From: Candidatus Nitrotoga sp.
GTDB lineage: Bacteria; Pseudomonadota; Gammaproteobacteria; Burkholderiales; Gallionellaceae
NCBI GenBank assembly: GCA_031420955.1
Contig: JANONT010000138.1
Coordinates: 1-34,360, forward strand
DNA: 34,360 nucleotides
Direction: 5' to 3'
In this document: positions 11,143 to 22,117 of the stretch, piece by piece
How the letters are laid out: each line of letters opens with the position of its first letter
Position numbering within the stretch: the first letter of the stretch is position 1
Program-made: the position numbers and the translations under genes
The notes under the pieces: model-generated
The model's database searches: none
What the model saw: the letters and a program-made list of their open reading frames with translations, nothing else
Told to the model about the DNA's origin: nothing

Positions 11143-12069
11143 ATGGAATTATTTTTAGCGAATCCGCGTGGCTTTTGTGCTGGAGTGGACCGTGCGATAG
11201 AAATGGTAGAACGCGCATTAGAGCGACATGGCGCGCCCGTTTACGTGCGGCATGAAGTGGTGCACAACCAATTCGTGGTAGAAAATTTACGCATCAAAGG
11301 TGCGATATTTATCGAAAATTTAGCCGATGTGCCGCCAGGCAGCCTGCTTATTTTTAGCGCGCATGGCGTATCGCAAGCGGTGCGCCGCGAGGCTGCCGAA
11401 CGTGGATTTACCTTATTTGATGCGACTTGCCCGCTGGTTACCAAAGTGCATAATGAAGTGGCGCGCCTGCGTGATAAGGGCAAGGAAATTATTATGATCG
11501 GCCATGCCGGACACCCAGAAGTCGAAGGCACGATGGGGCAGGGCGAGGGGATGCACTTGGTCGAGTCGCCCGCCGATGTGAAGCTGCTTGATGTGCGCGA
11601 TAGCGACAACCTCGCATTTGTGACGCAAACCACGCTCTCGATAGACGACACCGCCACCATCATCGCGGCACTCAAAGCGCGCTTTCCCAGCATCATCGCG
11701 CCGAAAAAAGACGACATCTGCTACGCCACGCAAAATCGACAGGATGCGGTGAAGGTCTTGGCGCAACAATGCGATGTGGTGATTGTTGTCGGCTCGCCCA
11801 GTAGCTCGAATTCTAACCGCCTACGCGAGGTGGCATTTAACATGAACATTCCCGCTTATTTAGTTGATAATGCTGATGAAGTTAAAAAAGAATGGCTGGT
11901 TGGAAAATTAAATGTCGGTATTACTGCTGGTGCTTCTGCACCCGAGGTGCTAGTGAAAGATGTTATTGCGAGGTTGCAAGTGTTGGGTGCGACGAGCGTA
12001 AAAGAGCTGGATGGCATACAAGAAAATGTGGTGTTTCCGTTGCCGAAGGCATTGCAAGTATTGGGGTAA
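11143..12069 (+). CDS. ispH: 4-hydroxy-3-methylbut-2-enyl diphosphate reductase
   Basis: [36 protein letters not shown]. Confidence 0.97.
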   Translation: MELFLANPRGFCAGVDRAIEMVERALERHGAPVYVRHEVVHNQFVVENLRIKGAIFIENLADVPPGSLLIFSAHGVSQAVRREAAERGFTLFDATCPLVTKVHNEVARLRDKGKEIIMIGHAGHPEVEGTMGQGEGMHLVESPADVKLLDVRDSDNLAFVTQTTLSIDDTATIIAALKARFPSIIAPKKDDICYATQNRQDAVKVLAQQCDVVIVVGSPSSSNSNRLREVAFNMNIPAYLVDNADEVKKEWLVGKLNVGITAGASAPEVLVKDVIARLQVLGATSVKELDGIQENVVFPLPKALQVLG

Positions 12070-12219
12070 AAATAGCCAACAGGCTGCTAGGTCTGTTTAT
12101 GGAAAAGGGCAGAGTTACATGGTGTAATTTGATGTAGATGATGTGCGCATTCAATATAAAAGCCTCGTGCGGCTGATCCTTTAACACGCCCAAAATAGCT
12201 TATTCAAAGGATTTTTTTA

Positions 12220-13083
12220 ATGCAAAAAATAACGAAAGCCGTATTTCCCGTAGCAGGATTAGGAAGCCGCTTTTTGCCTGCGACCAAGGCCAGTCCTAAG
12301 GAGATGATGCCTGTAGTCGATAAGCCGCTGATTCAATATGCCGTGGAAGAGGCCGTAGCGGCTGGGATCACCGATATGATTTTTATTACGGGGCGCAACA
12401 AGCGTGCTATCGAAGATCATTTTGATAAGGCATATGAGGTAGAAGCGGAGCTGGCAGCACGAGGAAAATTAGCGTTGCTACGCGCCGTGCAAGAGGTGAT
12501 CCCCAAGCATGTGAATTGTATTTATATCCGTCAGCCAGAGGCGTTGGGTCTAGGTCATGCGGTGCTATGCGCGCAACCGATTGTGCAGAATGAACCCTTT
12601 GCAGTGATTCTGGCGGATGATTTAATTGATGGCGAGACATCGGTGATTCAACAAATGGTGGGGGTTTATGAGCGTTACCAATCATCGATATTGGGTGTGC
12701 AAAATGTCCCTCGCACGCAAACCAATCAATACGGCATTGTCAGCAGCCAGCCATTAGAAGCTGATGTTGAGCAAGTAAATGGCATTGTGGAAAAACCCGA
12801 GCCTGCGGACGCGCCGTCGACTCTAGCGGTGGTGGGACGTTACATTTTAACGCCGCGTATTTTTCATCACTTGGCGCGTGTGCAAGCAGGCGCGGGCGGC
12901 GAAATTCAATTAACTGACGGTATTGCCGCGCTGATGCAGGAAGAGAAACTGTTGGCCTATCGCTTTGCGGGTACGCGCTACGATTGCGGCTCTAAGCTGG
13001 GTTACCTCAAGGCTACTGTGGCGTTTGGTCTGAAACATCCTGAGCTACGCGATGATTTTTCCGCGTATTTAAAAACACTGTAA
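12220..13083 (+). CDS. galU: UTP--glucose-1-phosphate uridylyltransferase
   Basis: [42 protein letters not shown]. Confidence 0.96.
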   Translation: MQKITKAVFPVAGLGSRFLPATKASPKEMMPVVDKPLIQYAVEEAVAAGITDMIFITGRNKRAIEDHFDKAYEVEAELAARGKLALLRAVQEVIPKHVNCIYIRQPEALGLGHAVLCAQPIVQNEPFAVILADDLIDGETSVIQQMVGVYERYQSSILGVQNVPRTQTNQYGIVSSQPLEADVEQVNGIVEKPEPADAPSTLAVVGRYILTPRIFHHLARVQAGAGGEIQLTDGIAALMQEEKLLAYRFAGTRYDCGSKLGYLKATVAFGLKHPELRDDFSAYLKTL

Positions 13084-13105
13084 TCACTTTGTTTAAAGAT
13101 TCAGT

Positions 13106-13654
13106 ATGACGCAATCCACACAACAAATATTAGAAACGTTGCAGCAGGCCGATTTAATTATGAGCGCGGAGGCAGTCGATACTGCAGTCATGCAAGTGGC
13201 GCGTGAAATTAATGAAGCACTCGGCCACGCTCACCCTTTAGTGCTTTCAGTTATGGGGGGCGCGGTGGTGTTTACGGGGCAATTACTACCCCTGCTAAAT
13301 TTTCCGCTGGATTTTGATTACGTGCATGTTTCACGTTACGGCAAAAAACAGCAGGGCGGTGAATTGCTGTGGCATGTAGAGCCACGAGAAAATATTGCAG
13401 GGCGCGTGGTATTGGTGCTGGATGATATTTTGGATGAAGGCGAGACAATGGCCGCGATCAAACAACGGGTTTTAAATTTAGGCGCGACCGCTTTTTATTG
13501 TGCGGTGTTCGCGGATAAATTAAATGGTAAACCTAAACCAATACGCGCAGATTTTGTGGGAACTACTTTGCCGAATCGCTTTGTATTTGGCTTTGGTATG
13601 GATATACACGGTGCGTGGCGTAATTTGCCCGCCATTTACGCGCTCAAAAAATAG
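13106..13654 (+). CDS. hpt: Hypoxanthine-guanine phosphoribosyltransferase
   Basis: VLVLDDILDEGET (PRPP-binding motif), FVFGFGMD, WRNLPAIY. Confidence 0.9.
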   Translation: MTQSTQQILETLQQADLIMSAEAVDTAVMQVAREINEALGHAHPLVLSVMGGAVVFTGQLLPLLNFPLDFDYVHVSRYGKKQQGGELLWHVEPRENIAGRVVLVLDDILDEGETMAAIKQRVLNLGATAFYCAVFADKLNGKPKPIRADFVGTTLPNRFVFGFGMDIHGAWRNLPAIYALKK

Positions 13655-13695
13655 GGCAATAAAAAAGCAGCGCAATTAAAAAAGAGGAAAAATAA

Positions 13696-14457
13696 ATGTT
13701 AGCCATTATTGACAGAACAGGTTTAGCGCAATTATCTAATTTGGAAATTATTCACCGACAAGTCATGCGTACCCCCTATGGCGAGCCTTCCGGCGCACTT
13801 ACATTTGCGCGCTTAGGCGAGCAAGAGATTATGTTCCTAGCGCGGCACAGTGCCAGCCATGCCATTCCAGCTCACCGCGTAAATTATCGCGCTAACCTAT
13901 GGGCACTACAAGAGCAGGGTGCCAAGCGCGTGATCTCTATTGCACTAGCAGGCGGCATTCGTGCCGACTTATCGCCGGGTACCGTCATCGTGCCGGATCA
14001 AATTATTGATTACACCTATGGGCGAGAATTCACATTTTTTGATGAGCGCGACCAGCCGCCTAAACACGTTGATTTCTCTCTGCCGTACACCCCCAGTTTG
14101 CGTCAAAAAATTTTAGATGCGGCGCAGCGAATTAACACGCCCTGCCTGAATGGTGGCGTGTATGCAGCTATGCAAGGGCCACGTTTGGAAACAGTGGCCG
14201 AGGTCAATCGTATGGAGCGCGACGGCGCAGATATGGTCGGCATGACCGGAATGCCAGAAGCTGCGCTGGCCAGAGAGTTAGGCTTAGATTATGCCGCGAT
14301 TGCAGTGATCGTGAACCACGCGGCGGGGCGCGGTAGCAGTATCAATGGTGTGCACATGGAAAGTATCAACGCGGTAACACAGCCCGCGATGGCGCAAGTG
14401 CGTGGCATCTTGGAAAGCATGGTAAGCCATGATGGTGAGTACGACAATGGCAATTAA
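13696..14457 (+). CDS. mtnP: S-methyl-5'-thioinosine/thioadenosine phosphorylase family protein (some motifs diverged)
   Basis: [54 protein letters not shown]. Confidence 0.85.
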   Translation: MLAIIDRTGLAQLSNLEIIHRQVMRTPYGEPSGALTFARLGEQEIMFLARHSASHAIPAHRVNYRANLWALQEQGAKRVISIALAGGIRADLSPGTVIVPDQIIDYTYGREFTFFDERDQPPKHVDFSLPYTPSLRQKILDAAQRINTPCLNGGVYAAMQGPRLETVAEVNRMERDGADMVGMTGMPEAALARELGLDYAAIAVIVNHAAGRGSSINGVHMESINAVTQPAMAQVRGILESMVSHDGEYDNGN

Positions 14458-14980
14458 AGAAGTATTGCAAATGGGTGATGCGCGATTGTTGGAGCGCGCC
14501 AAAGAGGTAAATTTGTTTAACACACCCGCCCTGCATAATTTGTTAAAGGATATGCGTGACACCATGCAAGCCTTGGATGGCGCAGGGTTGGCCGCCCCAC
14601 AAATTGGGGTCGATTTGCGCGTAGTTATTTTTGGCATTGAACAAAATCCGCGCTACCCCGATGCAGAAGCCGTGCCGCAAACCGTGCTGATTAACCCCAT
14701 CATCACGCCATTGAGTGAAGGTGTGGAAGACGGCTGGGAGGGCTGCTTAAGCGTACAAGGAATGCGCGGCTTAGTGCCGCGTTACAAGGCTATTCGATAC
14801 AGCGGCTTCGATGAAATAGGTACGCCGATCGACCGCACCGTCAGCGGGTTTCACGCGCGCGTGGTGCAGCACGAATGCGATCATCTCGATGGAATTTTAT
14901 ACCCGATGCGGATTAAAGACATGCGAAATTTTGGCTTCAGCGACGTGCTGTTTCCGGGGGAGGATTTGCAGGACGATTGA
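14447..14980 (+). CDS. def: Peptide deformylase
   Basis: [24 protein letters not shown]; start placed at ATG 14447. Confidence 0.95.
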   Translation: MAIKEVLQMGDARLLERAKEVNLFNTPALHNLLKDMRDTMQALDGAGLAAPQIGVDLRVVIFGIEQNPRYPDAEAVPQTVLINPIITPLSEGVEDGWEGCLSVQGMRGLVPRYKAIRYSGFDEIGTPIDRTVSGFHARVVQHECDHLDGILYPMRIKDMRNFGFSDVLFPGEDLQDD

Positions 14981-14996
14981 TTTTGGTTGCAGAAAT

Positions 14997-15030
14997 ATTG
15001 TTGGGCTTTATTTTATTCAGCCCAACCTAC
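14997..15030 (-). repeat. GTAG-family REP element (left copy)
   Basis: Minus strand reads GTAGGTTGGGCTGAATAAAATAAAGCCCAACAAT: GTAG followed by a GTTGGGCT...AGCCCAAC palindrome. Confidence 0.8.
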
Positions 15031-15063
15031 TGTACTGAGACACTGCCAAAATTTTGGATAAAT

Positions 15064-15093
15064 AAAAACCACAGGGATCGCCTGTGGTTTTTT
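15064..15093. terminator. Bidirectional rho-independent terminator
   Basis: AAAAA-CCACAGG-GATCG-CCTGTGG-TTTTTT between the convergent def and lipoprotein genes. Confidence 0.8.
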
Positions 15094-15105
15094 ACGTGGT
15101 GGTGG

Positions 15106-15639
15106 TTATTTTTTGGAGAGTGAGTCTATGTGTGCAAGGAAGGGCTTGAATCGACTGCTGACAATTGCCGAGGGGTCGGCTGTGCCGAAGGTGGAAGTGC
15201 CTGCGTTGTTGTTAAGCCCGCGAGTGACGCGCATTTTTACTACGCTGGCAGCGGCTATTTTGCGAAACTCAGCAATGGGCATAACGAATCTACGGCTAGA
15301 TTGCTTTATGGTCATGTCGTGATCTGTCACAGTGCTGTTACTGCGAATGTTTTCAATAATCACGCTGTCCGCTTTAAATTCCACCTCGCGGATAATTTCA
15401 TTTTGCATCACAAGCCCGGCGATAATAATCACTTCATTTGGGTACTTGGTTGACCACTCAAATCCCAACACATGCCATGCATCAGAAATGCTTGCACTTG
15501 AGTTAACTGCGGGTTGTCGGACTATGGTTGAGTTATCAAAATCATCTTTTAATATTTCTGCACTGGGGGCTACGGCGGCGTTCATTGATGCACATCCAGT
15601 TAAAAAAATTACAGTTAGCGTATAAATTAATTTATTCAT
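15106..15639 (-). CDS. Predicted lipoprotein, unknown function
   Basis: MNKLIYTLTVIFLTGC signal peptide with lipobox; GGAG RBS before ATG 15639; visibly more AT-rich than neighbours. Confidence 0.8.
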   Translation of the reverse strand: MNKLIYTLTVIFLTGCASMNAAVAPSAEILKDDFDNSTIVRQPAVNSSASISDAWHVLGFEWSTKYPNEVIIIAGLVMQNEIIREVEFKADSVIIENIRSNSTVTDHDMTIKQSSRRFVMPIAEFRKIAAASVVKMRVTRGLNNNAGTSTFGTADPSAIVSSRFKPFLAHIDSLSKK

Positions 15640-15731
15640 TTTTTGAATCTCCACAAAGTTGAGGGTGAGTTGAATTTGTAATTGTATTCTATTGTATTAT
15701 TTTTTTGGTTTGATGTGTTTGTTTGAGTGCG

Positions 15732-15765
15732 GTAGGTTGGGCTAAATGCAATGAAGCCCAACAAT
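15732..15765 (+). repeat. GTAG-family REP element (right copy)
   Basis: GTAGGTTGGGCTAAATGCAATGAAGCCCAACAAT, 30/34 identical to the inverted left copy. Confidence 0.8.
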
Positions 15766-15777
15766 CAAGGCGTAGCA

Positions 15778-17184
15778 CTAACCAGGATGTGTCATTTTTT
15801 CAGCTTGCACCCACTGCTCAAATTCTGCTTCCGTGACATAACCTAATTCTAATGCTGCACCCTTCAGCGTGCTACCTTGCTGATGTGCGTGTTTGGCAAT
15901 TTTGGCGGCTTTATCGTAACCGATGTGCGGCGTGAGGGCGGTGACCAGCATCAGCGATTGACTCAGCAGTTCATTGATACGCTCGCGATTCGGCTGAATG
16001 CCTTGCACGCAATGTTCGTTAAAACTTTCCATGCCATCCGCCAGCAGACGCACGCTCTGCAAGTAATTGTGGATAATGAGTGGCTTGAAAACATTCAATT
16101 CAAAATTTCCCGATGCGCCGCCGATGTTGATCGCCACATCGTTGCCCAACACTTGGCAACAGAGCATAGTCAAGGCTTCGCACTGGGTGGGATTGACTTT
16201 GCCGGGCATGATGGAGCTGCCGGGTTCGTTTTCGGGAATGCTGATTTCACCCAAGCCAGAGCGCGGGCCGGAGGCCAACCAGCGTATGTCGTTGGCAATT
16301 TTCATCAACGATGCCGCCAGCGATTTGAGTATGCCGTGGCTGGATAGCAACGCGTCGTGCGAGGCCAGTGCGGCGAATTTATTGTCCGCACTGGTGAATG
16401 GCAGCTCGCAAGTGAGGGCTAAATGGCCCGCGACCTGCGCCCCAAATTCGCGATGAGTATTCAATCCTGTTCCGACCGCAGTACCGCCCACAGCCAGTTC
16501 GTAGAGAGCGGGGAGGGTGGCGGTAATCATAGCTTCGGCATGATTGAGTTGCGCGACATAACCGGAAAATTCTTGCCCCAAGGTGATGGGTGTTGCGTCT
16601 TGCAAATGCGTGCGGCCAATTTTGATGATGTCGTTAAAGTGGTGTGATTTTTCTGCCAAGGATTCGCGCAAAGCAGTTAACGCGGGCAACAAATCTTCGG
16701 TGAGCGCGAGGCAGGCCGAGACGTGCATGGCGGTGGGGAAAATGTCGTTGGACGATTGCCCTAGGTTCACTTCGTCGTTTGGATGCACCAATCTTTCCGT
16801 GCCGCGTTTGCCACCCAATAATTCTGAAGCGCGATTGGCCAACACTTCATTCAAGTTCATATTGGTTTGCGTGCCTGAGCCAGTTTGCCAAATTGATAAG
16901 GGAAATTCATGCTCATGCTGCCCCGCTAAAATTTCATCGGCGGCAGTGGCAATGGCACTGGCTTTGTCCGCATTTAACAAACCCAGATCGCGATTAACCA
17001 AAGCACAAGCACGCTTAATAGTAGCCAATGCATCGATCAATTTTGTGGGCATTTTCTCATTTGAAATATCGAAAAATTCTAAGGAGCGTTGCGTTTGCGC
17101 GCCCCATAAGCGATCCGAGGGTACCTCGATATTGCCGAAGGAATCGCGTTCTGTTCTGTGTTGTTGGATTTTATTTTGGGTCAT
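15778..17184 (-). CDS. fumC: Class II fumarate hydratase
   Basis: [45 protein letters not shown]. Confidence 0.97.
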   Translation of the reverse strand: MTQNKIQQHRTERDSFGNIEVPSDRLWGAQTQRSLEFFDISNEKMPTKLIDALATIKRACALVNRDLGLLNADKASAIATAADEILAGQHEHEFPLSIWQTGSGTQTNMNLNEVLANRASELLGGKRGTERLVHPNDEVNLGQSSNDIFPTAMHVSACLALTEDLLPALTALRESLAEKSHHFNDIIKIGRTHLQDATPITLGQEFSGYVAQLNHAEAMITATLPALYELAVGGTAVGTGLNTHREFGAQVAGHLALTCELPFTSADNKFAALASHDALLSSHGILKSLAASLMKIANDIRWLASGPRSGLGEISIPENEPGSSIMPGKVNPTQCEALTMLCCQVLGNDVAINIGGASGNFELNVFKPLIIHNYLQSVRLLADGMESFNEHCVQGIQPNRERINELLSQSLMLVTALTPHIGYDKAAKIAKHAHQQGSTLKGAALELGYVTEAEFEQWVQAEKMTHPG

Positions 17185-17198
17185 GATTTTTCACTGGA

Positions 17199-20093
17199 TT
17201 ACTGCGCGATTAATTCGCGCAACACATACGGCAAAATGCCGCCGTGACGGTAGTAGTCCACTTCTATCGGGGTATCAATGCGCGCTAACAGCGTGACTTT
17301 TTGCGTGCTGCCATCAGCGCGTTTGATGGTTAAAATCACATCTTGCTGCGGCTTAAGATCATCGTTAATGCCGCTCAGGTCGAAGGTTTCGTCACCCTTT
17401 AATTGCAGCGAGGTTGCGCTATCATCATTTTTAAATTGCAGTGGAATGACTCCCATCATGACTAAGTTGCTGCGATGAATTCGCTCATAGCTGCGCGCCA
17501 CCACGGCTTTTACACCCAGTAGTTGCGTGCCTTTAGCCGCCCAATCACGCGAGGAGCCAGTGCCATATTCTTCACCCGCAAACACGACCGTGTCTGTGCC
17601 ATCAGCGATATGCTTCATCGCGGCTTCGTAAATTGACATTTGCTTGCCTTGATAAAGTGTATAGCCGCCTTCAACGCGTTTGCCTTGAGCATCAGCTGGT
17701 AGCATGAGATTTTTGACCCGCACGTTGGCGAACGTGCCGCGTATCATTACTTCATGGTTGCCGCGCCGTGCGCCATAGCTGTTGAAATCTTTCGCCTCTA
17801 CCCCTTTATTCAGTAAATATTGTCCCGCCGGGCTGCTGGCCTTGAAGCTGCCCGCTGGGCTGATGTGGTCGGTCGTAACCGAGTCGCCAAAAATGCCGAG
17901 CGGCTTGGCGTTCTTTATTTCTTTAACTTTATGCGTCGACATGCTGAAGCCATCAAATAGCGGCGGTCTAGCAATGTAGGTCGAGTCATCCCACTTATAT
18001 TGATTGCCGAGGGGTGCTTGAATGCCGTTCCACAGCGGTAAGTCTTTTGTCAAATTGCTATACAGGCTTTGATAAACTTTCGGATTGGCGGCAAATTGCA
18101 TCACTGCGGCAATTTCTTGGTTGCTCGGCCATATATCTTTTAAGTAAATTGGGCGACCATTTTTATCCGTGCCGAGTGGTTCGCTATCCAAATTAATATT
18201 CACTTTTCCAGCCAACGCAAACGCCACGACCAGCGGAGGACTAGCAAGGAAATTGGCTTTGATATTGGCGTGGATGCGCGCTTCAAAATTGCGATTACCA
18301 GACAACACCGCTGCGGCGATGAGATCATTTTTGATGATTGCCTCTTCGATTTCAGCGCGCAAGGGGCCTGAGTTTCCAATGCACGTGGTGCAGCCGTAGC
18401 CGACCAAACGAAAGCCGAGTGCTTCCAGATAGGGCATTAAACCGGATTGATTGAGGTAATCGGTGACCACGCGCGAGCCGGGAGCCAGCGAAGTTTTAAT
18501 ATGGGGCTGCACGCGTAAACCCGCTTCCACGGCCTTTTTTGCGAGCAAGCCTGCTGCTAGCATGACGCTCGGATTAGAGGTGTTGGTGCAAGAAGTGATG
18601 GCTGCGATCAACACATCGCCATGGCCGATTTGGATTTCAGATATTGGGGGCGAGGTGTTTGCGCCATGTGCAGCCGCATCGTGTGCAGCGGCGGTCGGAT
18701 GCAAATCCATCATTTCGATTTCGCTGGCCGCGCTGCTGCTATGGCTACCTAGCTTAATTTTTCCAGAGGGCGCGCTAGCACCATTTTGCAAACCACCACC
18801 GGGTATATTTTGCTCATGCTGCGTTAAGGTCACGGTGTAACGTTGGCTCAATTTTTCCGGTGCCTGATTAAATCCATTTTCAGCCGTAGGTTTGCTGAAT
18901 AATGTGTTGAAGTTTGTTTGCATATTGGACAGCGTTACTCGGTCTTGAGGTCGCTTGGGGCCGGCTAAAGAAGGTTGCACGCTGCTTAAATCTAGCTCAA
19001 CGACTTTGCTGTAATCAATGTCGCCAGCCATGGGGATGCCGTACAAACCTTGCGCCTTGTAATAGGCACGACATGCGTCGATTTCATCATCACTGCGACC
19101 AGTGCTGCGCAAATACTCTATCGTGACATCATCTACCGGGAAGAAGCCCATGGTCGCGCCATATTCGGGAGCCATGTTGGCGATGGTGGCGCGATCTGGC
19201 AGGGCGAGTGCGGCAGCACCCGCACCAAAAAACTCGACAAATTTACCCACAACTTTTTGGCTGCGTAATAATTCGGTCACCGTTAAAACTAAATCGGTTG
19301 CGGTGACGCCTTCGCGCAATTTTCCAACGAGATGTACGCCCACGACATCGGGCGTTAAAAAATAAACGGGCTGGCCTAACATGCCCGCTTCCGCTTCAAT
19401 GCCACCCACGCCCCAGCCCACCACGCCCAGCCCGTTAATCATGGTGGTGTGGCTGTCTGTGCCGACCAAGGTGTCTGGGTAATAAATCTTTCCTTCGGTG
19501 CTGTCTTTGCTCAGCACGCCGCGTGCGAGATGTTCCAAATTCACTTGATGGACGATGCCCACGCCTGGCGGCACAGCTTTGAATGTTTCAAATGCTTGCA
19601 TTCCCCATTTTATAAATTTATAGCGTTCATTATTACGGTCAAACTCTATGCCCATGTTGAGTTGCAGCGCGTCAGGGCGATTGTAATAATCCACTTGCAC
19701 GGAATGGTCTACCACCAAATGCACGGGGACGAGCGGTTCAATCATGCTGGGGTTGCGCCCCATTTTTGCAGCGGCATCGCGCATGGCAGCGAGGTCTGCT
19801 AAGAGCGGCACGCCAGTAAAATCCTGCAAAACAATGCGTGCGACGAGGAATGGAATTTCTTCAGTGCGCGCTGCATTGGGCTGCCAGCCTGCGAGTTGGC
19901 GGATGTGAGCTTCGGTGATGCGCTTGCCATCATAGTTGCGAAGCACGGATTCCAGCACGATGCGAATAGAAACAGGCAGGCGGGAAATTTTCCCCAGTCC
20001 CGCTTTTTCAAGTGCTCGCAACGAATAAAGTAGGCTTGTCTCTCCACTGGCAAGCGTGAGTGTTGTTCGAGAATTGAATAAATTGTGTGGCAT
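17199..20093 (-). CDS. acnA: Aconitate hydratase A
   Basis: [57 protein letters not shown]; start placed at ATG 20093. Confidence 0.97.
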   Translation of the reverse strand: MPHNLFNSRTTLTLASGETSLLYSLRALEKAGLGKISRLPVSIRIVLESVLRNYDGKRITEAHIRQLAGWQPNAARTEEIPFLVARIVLQDFTGVPLLADLAAMRDAAAKMGRNPSMIEPLVPVHLVVDHSVQVDYYNRPDALQLNMGIEFDRNNERYKFIKWGMQAFETFKAVPPGVGIVHQVNLEHLARGVLSKDSTEGKIYYPDTLVGTDSHTTMINGLGVVGWGVGGIEAEAGMLGQPVYFLTPDVVGVHLVGKLREGVTATDLVLTVTELLRSQKVVGKFVEFFGAGAAALALPDRATIANMAPEYGATMGFFPVDDVTIEYLRSTGRSDDEIDACRAYYKAQGLYGIPMAGDIDYSKVVELDLSSVQPSLAGPKRPQDRVTLSNMQTNFNTLFSKPTAENGFNQAPEKLSQRYTVTLTQHEQNIPGGGLQNGASAPSGKIKLGSHSSSAASEIEMMDLHPTAAAHDAAAHGANTSPPISEIQIGHGDVLIAAITSCTNTSNPSVMLAAGLLAKKAVEAGLRVQPHIKTSLAPGSRVVTDYLNQSGLMPYLEALGFRLVGYGCTTCIGNSGPLRAEIEEAIIKNDLIAAAVLSGNRNFEARIHANIKANFLASPPLVVAFALAGKVNINLDSEPLGTDKNGRPIYLKDIWPSNQEIAAVMQFAANPKVYQSLYSNLTKDLPLWNGIQAPLGNQYKWDDSTYIARPPLFDGFSMSTHKVKEIKNAKPLGIFGDSVTTDHISPAGSFKASSPAGQYLLNKGVEAKDFNSYGARRGNHEVMIRGTFANVRVKNLMLPADAQGKRVEGGYTLYQGKQMSIYEAAMKHIADGTDTVVFAGEEYGTGSSRDWAAKGTQLLGVKAVVARSYERIHRSNLVMMGVIPLQFKNDDSATSLQLKGDETFDLSGINDDLKPQQDVILTIKRADGSTQKVTLLARIDTPIEVDYYRHGGILPYVLRELIAQ

Positions 20094-20237
20094 GACGGGT
20101 ATCCCAGTATGAGCTAATTGCAATTGCAATTATAGACAGGATACGCAACAAAGGGGGGGCGGCGAACGATTAAGATGCCCTAAATTATGGTTATTCAGGG
20201 CTTGGGTGTGGCTGGAAGCAACTGTTCCCGGTATTTT

Positions 20238-20363
20238 TTAAGGCAACCAAGCAGAGGGGAAGGTGATAATCGACATCACCGAAACCAAGGTTGCGAAGAC
20301 AGCCACAAACACTAAGAACAGTGCCGCAATTGCTAAAATGCTACGACAGACATCAATAAACAT
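20238..20363 (-). CDS. 41-aa single-pass membrane protein (absent from ORF track)
   Basis: Hand translation: MFIDVCRSILAIAALFLVFVAVFATLVSVMSIITFPSAWLP; GAGAGAGGG RBS 6 nt upstream; similar to the neighbouring ORF. Confidence 0.65.
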   Translation of the reverse strand: MFIDVCRSILAIAALFLVFVAVFATLVSVMSIITFPSAWLP

Positions 20364-20436
20364 GACAAGCCCTCTCTCTTGAAGTTCTCAAGGTTGTTGA
20401 ATTTTTCGGATTACTTTTACTTCAGGTAGCCGAAAC

Positions 20437-20658
20437 TTATTGCCCCGCAGGCCCTGAAGATCCTAATCCCCCGATAGAAAGCGGAAATTGGATTATGTTC
20501 ATCGCCCAAAATGCCAGAATAAAAAATGCCGATATAAACAAAAACGCACCAATGAACCATAGTACGCTTCGTTTTGTGCTGCTGGTTTCATCGTCTAGGC
20601 TGACATCATCGCTTCCAAACCCCTGCTCAACATCTTGCTCAAACTCTTTCTCTTTCAT
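20437..20658 (-). CDS. 73-aa membrane protein with acidic N-terminus and one TM helix
   Basis: GGGGAG RBS before ATG 20658; hydrophobic stretch VLWFIGAFLFISAFFILAFWAM. Confidence 0.7.
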   Translation of the reverse strand: MKEKEFEQDVEQGFGSDDVSLDDETSSTKRSVLWFIGAFLFISAFFILAFWAMNIIQFPLSIGGLGSSGPAGQ

Positions 20659-20840
20659 GATATTACTCCCCATAAAAATGAACTTTGAGATACGTTATCA
20701 ACAGGCGTGCCGTGTTGATCTGCCGATGGGTGAATGGTCTGCCTAATTAAGCGAAATGTCTATATGTTTTCTTCTGGAAATAGGGAGTAGAATGGACTTT
20801 TGAGTCGCACTACAACTACCGAGAATTATCTGGCCGAGAA

Positions 20841-21263
20841 TTATTTGGCTATTTGCTTTTCACGAATTTCATCCAAGGTTTTGCAATCAATACATAGCGT
20901 AGCGGTGGGTCTGGCTGACAGCCTTTCTAACCCGATTTCAATCCCGCACTTGTCGCAATAGCCGTATTCTCCGCTCTCTATCTTGGTTAGCATCTCGTCA
21001 ATTTTTTTAATTAACTTTCTTTCGCGGTCGCGGTTGCGTAGTTCTAATGCCATTTCTGATTCTTGACTGGCACGGTCATTGGGGTCTGCAAACACTGTCG
21101 CTTCATCTTGCATAATGTGCACTGCCCGATCAATTTCCTCACCTAGATCATGCTTGATATTATTTAGCGTGAGGCGAAAATAATCGAGCTGCTTGGGATT
21201 CATATAAGCCTCCCCTTTTTTCGCTTTATAAGGGGCGTTAGATTTCTGGGGTTGTACGGGCAT
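20841..21263 (-). CDS. dksA: RNA polymerase-binding protein DksA
   Basis: ADPNDRASQE coiled-coil tip, RNRDRERKL, CDKC...CIDC zinc finger; GGAG RBS before ATG 21263. Confidence 0.96.
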   Translation of the reverse strand: MPVQPQKSNAPYKAKKGEAYMNPKQLDYFRLTLNNIKHDLGEEIDRAVHIMQDEATVFADPNDRASQESEMALELRNRDRERKLIKKIDEMLTKIESGEYGYCDKCGIEIGLERLSARPTATLCIDCKTLDEIREKQIAK

Positions 21264-21431
21264 GAAATATCTCCAAAAACATTTATGAGCAAACAAAATT
21301 AAGCTAAATCAAAAAATAATAATTCATTATGGCTTAGGCAAAATTTTTAACCGCGCTTTAATATCAGAAATGTAGATGGGTCGCAACTGATTTATCTAAT
21401 GTGGCTGCGTTCTGATTGCTTGCACAAGGAC

Positions 21432-22046
21432 TTACAAAATTTGAAAATTCATTTTTTTTAGCATACTGACCAAGAGAATCAACGGAAGTCCCACCAACGC
21501 ATTGGGGTCATCGCCTTGCATTTTGTTGATAAGCACAATTCCTAAACTTTCAAATTTCGCGCTGCCCGCACAGTGATAAGGTTGTTCTTTGCGTAAATAA
21601 GATTCAATATCGTTCTCGCTTAATTCGCGGAACTGCGCTTGGTTCTCAGCAACTTCGGTCAGCATAACGCCGGAACGCGCATTTAATAAGGTGAGTGCAG
21701 TATAAAAATAAACCGTTTGTCCGCTCATGGAGCGCAGTTGCTTCATTGCATTCTCGTGTGTAAGCGGTTTGCCTATGAGTTGCGTACCTAACACTGCAAC
21801 TTGATCTGAACCAATAATGAATGCATCGGGATACATGACAATAGCCGCCCCTGCTTTTGCTTGCGACAACCTTAGCGCAACTTGTTTCGCGCCTTCTTCA
21901 GGACGCGGTGTTTCATCTACGTTAGGAGAAAATGTTTGAAAAGGTATCCCCAGAGACTGTAAAAGCTTACTACGATAAACAGAAGTAGATGCCAAAACAA
22001 GTGGCTGTGAGGCAGTAGGCTGAGCGTTCAAATGGGGGCTTTCCAT
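21432..22046 (-). CDS. maf: Maf-family nucleotide pyrophosphatase (YceF-like)
   Basis: LVLASTSVYR, VDET, IGSDQV, GKP, CAGSAK, LVGLPL; divergent from yceD. Confidence 0.9.
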   Translation of the reverse strand: MESPHLNAQPTASQPLVLASTSVYRSKLLQSLGIPFQTFSPNVDETPRPEEGAKQVALRLSQAKAGAAIVMYPDAFIIGSDQVAVLGTQLIGKPLTHENAMKQLRSMSGQTVYFYTALTLLNARSGVMLTEVAENQAQFRELSENDIESYLRKEQPYHCAGSAKFESLGIVLINKMQGDDPNALVGLPLILLVSMLKKMNFQIL

Positions 22047-22057
22047 GCAGTCTTCTT

Positions 22058-22093
22058 TTGACAGAAATGGTTGGACTGGATATTATGCGCGCC
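22058..22093 (+). promoter_or_regulatory. Sigma70 promoter of the yceD-rpmF-plsX-fab operon with GC-rich discriminator
   Basis: TTGACA (22058-22063), 17-bp spacer, TATTAT (22081-22086), then GCGCGCC. Confidence 0.8.
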
Positions 22094-22117
22094 TCATGGT
22101 TTCACAGCAACTCTCCC

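Noticed and set aside
11860-12069. Shift to T-ending codons in the 3' part of ispH
   Set aside because: Visual impression only; no breakpoint or duplicated gene end to support recombination
12079-12092. CAACAGGCTGCTAG resembling the end of an IS/MITE
   Set aside because: Only one short end with no partner inverted repeat nearby
16583-17296. Long antisense ORFs over fumC (also over dxs, ispH, fabH, fabG)
   Set aside because: Opposite strand of well-conserved genes; no independent motifs
20819-20843. CCGAGAATTA direct repeat at the dksA stop
   Set aside because: 10-bp repeat with a 5-bp spacer; too short to assign a role
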